From the NCBI GenBank assembly GCA_963835575.1, contig CAWIGG010000006.1, positions 288,001 to 352,000 of the forward strand: a stretch of 64,000 bases of DNA. The letters are read 5' to 3'. Shown piece after piece: positions 58,041-64,000 of the stretch. The position numbers were made by a program, and so were the translations under genes. Position 1 is the first letter of the stretch. Every line of letters starts with the position of its first letter. Source of the stretch: an uncultured Spirochaetota bacterium (lineage in GTDB: Bacteria > Spirochaetota > Brevinematia > Brevinematales > JAOACQ01). The notes beneath the pieces are model-generated. The model saw only the letters and a program-made list of their open reading frames with translations, had not been told where the DNA came from and ran no database searches.

Positions 58041-58189
58041 AACACACTCCGATAAAAATAATTTCTATTCAAAAGACTTATTTTCATGAATAGTAAGTTT
58101 TTAAAATATATACTGCTTTTTCCCGATATTTCATGCAGGCATTATTTTATTTATACTCCCGGGATCTATCCTTATATTTAATTAAAATC

Positions 58190-59709
58190 GTAACTATCCA
58201 GCCACTAAAAAATAGTCACATGAAATATTTGCATTGAGCATGAAACCATGCTATTCTATAGCATGAATGAAGATAGAAGAGAAAAAGACTGTGCGGCCTG
58301 CTTAAAACGATTTGAAGGCATCATTGCTGATTTACAAAACCAGATAAAGGAGCAGGGTTTAATCATTCAAAGACAAGCGGAAAAGATTAAGAAATTGGAA
58401 GAACAGCTTAATAAGGACAGCCATAACAGCAATAAACCGCCGTCTTCCGATAATCCATTCCAAAATACAGTAAAGAATTTACGGAAAAAGAGCGGTAAAA
58501 AACAAGGCGGCCAGTTTGGACATAAGGGAAATACTCTGAAGAAAGTAGAAAGCCCTGATAAGATCATAGAACATCAGGTTGAAAAATGTTCCTGTTGTGG
58601 AATTGATTTAAGTTCCGAATCAGTTAAGCGGACGGAAAGAAGGCAGGTGTTCGATATACCTCCGATAAAAGTGGAAGTTACCGAACATCGCTCGGAAGTA
58701 AAAGATTGTCCGCATTGCGGTGCGAGAGTAACGGCGGAGTTTCCGGAAGGCATAACCAATAAGGCACAGTATGGAAAAAACATTAAAGCGCATCTGGTCT
58801 ATATGAAAACATATGGGTTGATACCCTATGAAAGGCTTTCGGAATACGCCGAATGTTTATTGGGAGTGCCGCTCAGCAAGGCAACGATTGAAGGATTTAT
58901 CCGGGAGACCTACAATAAATTAGAAGAGTATGAACAGAAAGTCATAGAACTGATACTAAAAGAAGTGGTTCTTCACTGTGATGAAACCGGTATTCGGATA
59001 AAAGGGTTATTAAAATGGCTCCATGTTGCCTCGAATGAACGTTTTACCTATTATTTTTCTCATGACAAACGCGGCACAGAGGCGATGCGTGCGATGGACA
59101 TTCTCACAAGATTTACCGGTATTATTATCCACGATGGATGGAAAAGTTATCTGGAATTCTTATGCCGTCATGGATTGTGTAATGTACACCATTTGAGAGA
59201 GCTAATCTGGATACATGAGGAAATGGGTCAGGAATGGGCTAAGGAGATGGGTAATCTTCTTATAAGGATTAAGAATGATAAAGAGGCAAGTTTTCCAATA
59301 CCGGCGGAAAGGATTATAGAATATGATACGGAATATGACCGGATCATCGCGAAAGGATTTGCTGTAAATCCAACGCCTGAAAAGCCGGAAGGACTTGTTA
59401 AACGCGGCAGAAAAAAGCGGGGCAAGGTTTTATGCCTATTAGACCGATTAAGAAAATATAAAGAATCTGTCCTTTTATTTATGCGGGAAAAAGATGTTCC
59501 ATTCAGCAACAATTTGGCGGAACGGGATATCAGAATGATAAAAGTCCAGCAGAAAATATCAGGTACATTCAGAAGCTGGAATGGAGCGGCTGCCTTTTGC
59601 AGAATCAGGGGTTATATATCTACAGTAAAAAAGATGGGCGTCAGTGTTTATCAAGCCCTTATTGACGCGTTGAACGGCTCCGCTATTAAATATGCGGCTG
59701 GATAGTTAC
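58190..59709 (+). mobile_element. IS66-family element (single-ORF ISBst12-like, 1520 bp) with 8-bp target duplication
   Basis: ttaaaatc|gtaactatccagcc ... ggctggatagttac|ttaaaatc. Confidence 0.93.
58263..59705 (+). CDS. IS66-family transposase
   Basis: NKDSHNSNKPPSSD, GGQFGHKG, CSCCG/CPHCG zinc ribbon, HCDETG, HDGW, CNVHHLREL, NNLAERDIR; stop codon lies in the right IR. Confidence 0.93.
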   Translation: MNEDRREKDCAACLKRFEGIIADLQNQIKEQGLIIQRQAEKIKKLEEQLNKDSHNSNKPPSSDNPFQNTVKNLRKKSGKKQGGQFGHKGNTLKKVESPDKIIEHQVEKCSCCGIDLSSESVKRTERRQVFDIPPIKVEVTEHRSEVKDCPHCGARVTAEFPEGITNKAQYGKNIKAHLVYMKTYGLIPYERLSEYAECLLGVPLSKATIEGFIRETYNKLEEYEQKVIELILKEVVLHCDETGIRIKGLLKWLHVASNERFTYYFSHDKRGTEAMRAMDILTRFTGIIIHDGWKSYLEFLCRHGLCNVHHLRELIWIHEEMGQEWAKEMGNLLIRIKNDKEASFPIPAERIIEYDTEYDRIIAKGFAVNPTPEKPEGLVKRGRKKRGKVLCLLDRLRKYKESVLLFMREKDVPFSNNLAERDIRMIKVQQKISGTFRSWNGAAAFCRIRGYISTVKKMGVSVYQALIDALNGSAIKYAAG

Positions 59710-59907
59710 TTAAAATCATTATATCCTGAAAAAGTATATTATTCAATTGACAGGCAGAATAAATCTTTCTTCATAAATTAAACGGCCGGCAGTTCTAAAA
59801 ATCAAGATTTTTGGGACCGCACTTAAATAACAACATATTATTAATTGAAATATTTTCAATATTGATATATAAATAATCAATCTAATATTTTAAGTTCGGG
59901 GCTAAAA

Positions 59908-61074
59908 ATGGAAGAAATTAATAACACCTATTCAAATGTGGAATTATACGCGAACAGTCTCTATTCCGGAATGATACTTAAGGGCAATCTCTGCCTGGAA
60001 GACGGAAGAGTCATCTATCCGGCTAACAGGCCGCTTTCGAAAGACTTTATCAATGACCTGCTGGCAAAAGGAATAAAAAAAATTTATTACCAGAAGCCGC
60101 TGGTCAATTATCAGGCGGAAGAGAAACAGGTTTATCCCAATGAGCTTCTGGAAAAAGCTTATGCCCTTTCAGAGAAAATCGGCTATGCGGTGGTAAAAAG
60201 GACCCCCCTGCCTGAAAAAGAAATCAATGAAACCGTAGAGAAATTTATTGAAAGAGTGTCCGTCGCTGAGAAAGGGACTTTGCTCAATCTGGCGGAATTA
60301 GAGGAATATGACGAGCATACTTATTTCAATGCAGTCAATGTCGCTCTGGTTTCGGTTTTATTCGGAAAACTGCTTTCCTGGAAGCATGAGCAGATTAAGA
60401 TGCTGGGAATAGGGGCATTACTGCATGATGTCGGTAAGCTTTTGATAACGAAGGAAATCTTAAATAAAAAAAACGAATTGACGGAAGAAGAATTTGAGAT
60501 CATAAAAAAGCATGCCACATACGGCTACAGCCTTTTAAAAAGCCAGACCAGCTACAGCGACCAGATATTAAAAATAGCGCTGATGCATCATGAAACCTGG
60601 GACGGCACAGGCTATCCTATGGGAATTACAAGGGATAAACTGGAGGACATGCCTCAAATCGTTTCCATTTGCGATTATTATGTCGCTGTTACAAGCGATA
60701 AAATATACAGGGATAAATTCGCCAACTGGAAAGCTTTGATAATGATACGGAAAAATGCCGGTACTAAATTCAATCCCCGGTTCGCCGCGGAGTTTATCAA
60801 TAGAATGCCGGCTTACCTGGTCGCCGAGACAATATTTCATATGGGGGATTTTGTAGAATTAAACACCAATGAAATTGGCGAGGTAATCCAGCTCGCGAAA
60901 GTGGAAACGCTCAAACCCACGATTAAGATTTATATCAACGGGAACGGGGAAGTAATCAAGTATCCCCTGCAGATCAACCTGGAATTGGATAACACCAGAT
61001 GGATTGAGACGATTATTGAAGATAAGGAAAAACTGAACCGGATCAATACCATTAAAAGTTCATCAAGCAGGTAA
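59908..61074 (+). CDS. HD-GYP domain protein (c-di-GMP phosphodiesterase-like)
   Basis: LHDVGK, HHETWDGTGYP, VELNTNEIGEV C-terminal domain. Confidence 0.85.
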   Translation: MEEINNTYSNVELYANSLYSGMILKGNLCLEDGRVIYPANRPLSKDFINDLLAKGIKKIYYQKPLVNYQAEEKQVYPNELLEKAYALSEKIGYAVVKRTPLPEKEINETVEKFIERVSVAEKGTLLNLAELEEYDEHTYFNAVNVALVSVLFGKLLSWKHEQIKMLGIGALLHDVGKLLITKEILNKKNELTEEEFEIIKKHATYGYSLLKSQTSYSDQILKIALMHHETWDGTGYPMGITRDKLEDMPQIVSICDYYVAVTSDKIYRDKFANWKALIMIRKNAGTKFNPRFAAEFINRMPAYLVAETIFHMGDFVELNTNEIGEVIQLAKVETLKPTIKIYINGNGEVIKYPLQINLELDNTRWIETIIEDKEKLNRINTIKSSSSR

Positions 61075-61122
61075 TATCCGGCCGTCTTGTCATGAAATTT
61101 CATTAATGTGATAAGATTTTGT

Positions 61123-61890
61123 TCATTTTCTTTTCTGATTTTTTAATCCGAATTTATTATCGAGAAGATTGATTGACTGCAAAATGATAAAAGCTTCGTC
61201 GCTTGTCTTCATATCCAATTTAATACCGGTGTTTTTCAAAAGCTCTTTCATTTTATTCGATAAATAGGAAATTGAATTGGAGATATAAACAGGGAAATAC
61301 CAGAAATATCCGAAAGCCAGTATAATACAGATGGCGCCTATGACAGCCATGATGCTGATGATGTTTACAGAGTCGCGGATTGTCAGCTGGTTTTTCCGGA
61401 CGACAGCCTGCATATTGACATCGTTTATATTATTGATGGAATGCCTCAACTTTTCATAAGAAGGCAGGAATTCGGTGAAATAGAGAACGCCGGCATAAGT
61501 TCCTTTTCTGATCTGGACGCTGAGGCTTGAGTAAATATCATAATCCCTGTTGAGCGTATCGACATATTCCTTTTCATGAATTTCCGTTATATTATTGTTT
61601 TCCGCTTTTAAATTTTTTTCAAATTCGGCTTTTCCTGTCTCAAAAAGGCGCAGGTAATATTCCGTTAATTTATTATCCTTAGAATTCAATATACTGCTTA
61701 TTGAAGCCGTCATATCATCCAGGCTATAAAACATATTTTTTGAATACACAAGGGAATCATAATTATCCTTCAGGATATTGCTGGACTCCTGAGCCAGTTT
61801 CCCGATATAAATAGAAGAAAAAACCACCAGTGCCAGTATGATCATAAAAAGGAAGCCCAGACCAAGGGAAAGCTTTGTTTTCAGCGTCAT
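61123..61890 (-). CDS. Stand-alone four-helix-bundle (MCP/kinase-type) membrane sensor protein
   Basis: TM - ILKDNYDSL...NNITEIHEKE...NMQAV - TM, then only about 55 aa with no kinase or MCP signalling domain. Confidence 0.7.
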   Translation of the reverse strand: MTLKTKLSLGLGFLFMIILALVVFSSIYIGKLAQESSNILKDNYDSLVYSKNMFYSLDDMTASISSILNSKDNKLTEYYLRLFETGKAEFEKNLKAENNNITEIHEKEYVDTLNRDYDIYSSLSVQIRKGTYAGVLYFTEFLPSYEKLRHSINNINDVNMQAVVRKNQLTIRDSVNIISIMAVIGAICIILAFGYFWYFPVYISNSISYLSNKMKELLKNTGIKLDMKTSDEAFIILQSINLLDNKFGLKNQKRK

Positions 61891-62088
61891 AAATCCCTCC
61901 ATAAATAGTTTTAATCCCATTGCGGTAAAAAACCGGACTTGGCATATTTTATACCTCATCCGCTTTTTTATCAAATATTAAATATATATTACAGGTTACA
62001 TTAGACTTTTAAATATATTTTTTATATTTTGCTATTGTGAATTTATCCAATTGAATTTAAAATATTAAAAAAATGGGGGTGAATCCCT

Positions 62089-63117
62089 ATGAAAGCCATG
62101 CTGTTAAAGAAGCTTGCCGGTCTGAGTGAAAATAAAGAGCCGCTTGAATTTACCGATGTGCCGGTCCCGGTCCCGGGAGAAGGCGAAATCCTTATCAGGG
62201 TTTCCGCCTGCGGGGTCTGCCATACCGAGCTGGATGAAATTGAGGGCAGGACGGTGCCGGCAATTCTTCCGGTAATTCCCGGGCACCAGATCGTCGGAAA
62301 AATAGCCGGAAAAGGGAAAAATGCCGACCGTTTCAAGGAAGGGGACCGCGTCGGCGTCGCGTGGATCAATTCCGCATGCGGAAAATGCTCCTTCTGCCTC
62401 GGCGGATTTGAAAATCTCTGCCCTGAATTTAAAGCCGCCGGCCGGGATGTGAACGGCGGCTATGCCGAATACGTTGTTGTCAATCAGGATTTTTCATATT
62501 CCATTCCGGATATATACAGCGACTTTGAGGCCGCGCCTCTTCTCTGCGCCGGCGCCGTAGGCTACCGTTCCCTCAGATTGACCGGACTGAAGGATGGGCA
62601 GAGTCTCGGGCTGTCCGGCTTCGGCGGCTCGGCCCACCTTGTCTTAAAAACCGTAAAATATTGTTTTCCCCATTCTCCGGTCTATGTCTTTGCCAGAAGC
62701 GGAGCCGAAAGGAATTTCGCGCTGGAGCTTGGAGCGGATTGGGCCGGCGATTTTACGGAAGAACCGCCGCAAAAAGCGGATGCTGTTATTGATACCACGC
62801 CGGTCTGGAAGACGGTCCTGGACGCCCTTGACCATTTAAAACCTGGAGGAAGGCTTGTCATCAACGCGATCCGGAAGGAAGAGTCGGATAAAAAAGCCCT
62901 GCTGGACCTAGATTATTCCCGGCATCTATGGATGGAGAAGGAAATTAAAAGCGCCGCGAACGTAACGAGGAAAGATGTCGGTGAATTTCTGGAAATAGCG
63001 TCAAAAATTCCGGTTAAGCCGGAAATACAAATTTACCGGCTTGAAGAGGCAAACATGGCCTTGACTGAATTGAAGGAAAGAAAAATACGGGGCTCAAAGG
63101 TCCTGAAAATAGGCTGA
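62089..63117 (+). CDS. Zinc-dependent alcohol dehydrogenase family protein
   Basis: CGVCHTELD, PGHQIVG, CGKCSFC...ENLC, APLLCAG, GFGGSAH. Confidence 0.92.
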   Translation: MKAMLLKKLAGLSENKEPLEFTDVPVPVPGEGEILIRVSACGVCHTELDEIEGRTVPAILPVIPGHQIVGKIAGKGKNADRFKEGDRVGVAWINSACGKCSFCLGGFENLCPEFKAAGRDVNGGYAEYVVVNQDFSYSIPDIYSDFEAAPLLCAGAVGYRSLRLTGLKDGQSLGLSGFGGSAHLVLKTVKYCFPHSPVYVFARSGAERNFALELGADWAGDFTEEPPQKADAVIDTTPVWKTVLDALDHLKPGGRLVINAIRKEESDKKALLDLDYSRHLWMEKEIKSAANVTRKDVGEFLEIASKIPVKPEIQIYRLEEANMALTELKERKIRGSKVLKIG

Positions 63118-63333
63118 ATCAGCAATATTAAAAGGATTTAAAAAATAAACATCGATGACCATAAGGATTACGCATAAAATAAGTATAGAAAACCAGCGCT
63201 TTTAGTACAAAAAGCCTATTGAAATAATGATGTCTTTTCTTTATCATTTATTTATCGACAACCATGACAAAATTGTGATCATAAAAAAAATAAGTCAGGG
63301 CATTTTCCGGGGAAAAAGTATAGGGAGTATGGA

Positions 63334-63690
63334 ATGCGGTATAAAAGCTTTAAGATTTATCTTGCGGTTTTAGCGTTTTTAATTTTATTGAATACCTACG
63401 GCCGGAATCTGGTACAGAACACAGGTCCTGCCGAACCGTACCCTGCCGGAGACGGTCTTTTAGATCCTTATGCGCAGGCCAGGGCACTCGGCAAAGGCGT
63501 GAATTTCGGGAACCTTCTGGACGCGGCCCCTCAGGAAGGCGCATGGACAGGCGGAATGGTCATCCTTGAGCCGCATTTTGATCTGGCGGCTAAAGCCAAA
63601 GCCGGACTCGATTCCGTACGGATACCCATCAGGTTTTCGGATCATGCGCTGGCCAATCCGCCTTACACAATGCCTCCGGGAAATCCGTAA
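63334..63690 (+). pseudogene. Truncated GH5 gene (N-terminal part only)
   Basis: DPYAQARALGKGVNFGNLLDAAP...DSVRIPIRFS.HAL..PPYT aligns by eye with the GH5 at 6871-8571 but stops before the NEP and GEFG catalytic motifs. Confidence 0.75.
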
Positions 63691-64000
63691 AATCGATAAT
63701 CACCATACTGTTATTGTTGACTGTGTGGATTGGAGCGCCGTCAGCGGTTTAAACGGCTTGAGAATTCCCGCGGCTGAATCCAATGTGATAGTGACCTTCC
63801 ATTATTATAATCCGGGACTCTTCTGTTTTCAGGGCCAGCCATGGATAGGACCCGACTGGGCTACGACAAACATCACTTGGCCCGGCCCGCCTCCACGTCC
63901 CGTTATCCCCGCGGCCGGAGTGGGGCGATGGGTTATTATTTGGATCAATCAATATAATACGATAGGTTCTCCCGAATTTAATCCGGGAGGCCCGGGTATT

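Noticed and set aside
63749..64000. Minus-strand frame open from the window edge to 63749
   Set aside because: No recognisable domain; cannot tell a gene tail from chance without the adjacent sequence

Overview
This is a gene-dense bacterial chromosomal window with AT-rich intergenic DNA. The gene content (LacI-type sensor kinase, HEAT/TPR proteins, lipoproteins, HD-GYP, PilZ) suggests a free-living anaerobe, possibly a spirochaete; that taxonomic call is inference only. Housekeeping genes include argC, xseB, clpP-clpX-lon, gltX, an NtrY/NtrX-like two-component pair, suhB-apgM-pgsA, lgt-mutL and a folC/O-methyltransferase fusion. Glycosylation genes include a PMT-type protein O-mannosyltransferase with a PA14 partner, a polyprenol-P-mannose synthase, two further GT-C proteins and a GT2-GtrA fusion. 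There is also a GH5 lipoprotein, a DUF433/DUF5615 toxin-antitoxin pair, three apparently intact IS elements (IS1182, IS5, IS66) and three broken genes. The most striking feature is non-coding. Most large intergenic gaps are built from nested ('Russian-doll') inverted repeats: paired arms made of three 9-10 nt tandem units. These arms enclose, or are interrupted by, MITEs with IS5-like or IS1182-like ends, REP-like hairpins, a duplicated 154-bp structured cassette and, in one case, a whole Sfp-type PPTase gene. No rRNA, tRNA or CRISPR array was recognised. All product calls come from motif recognition by eye, not database searches.
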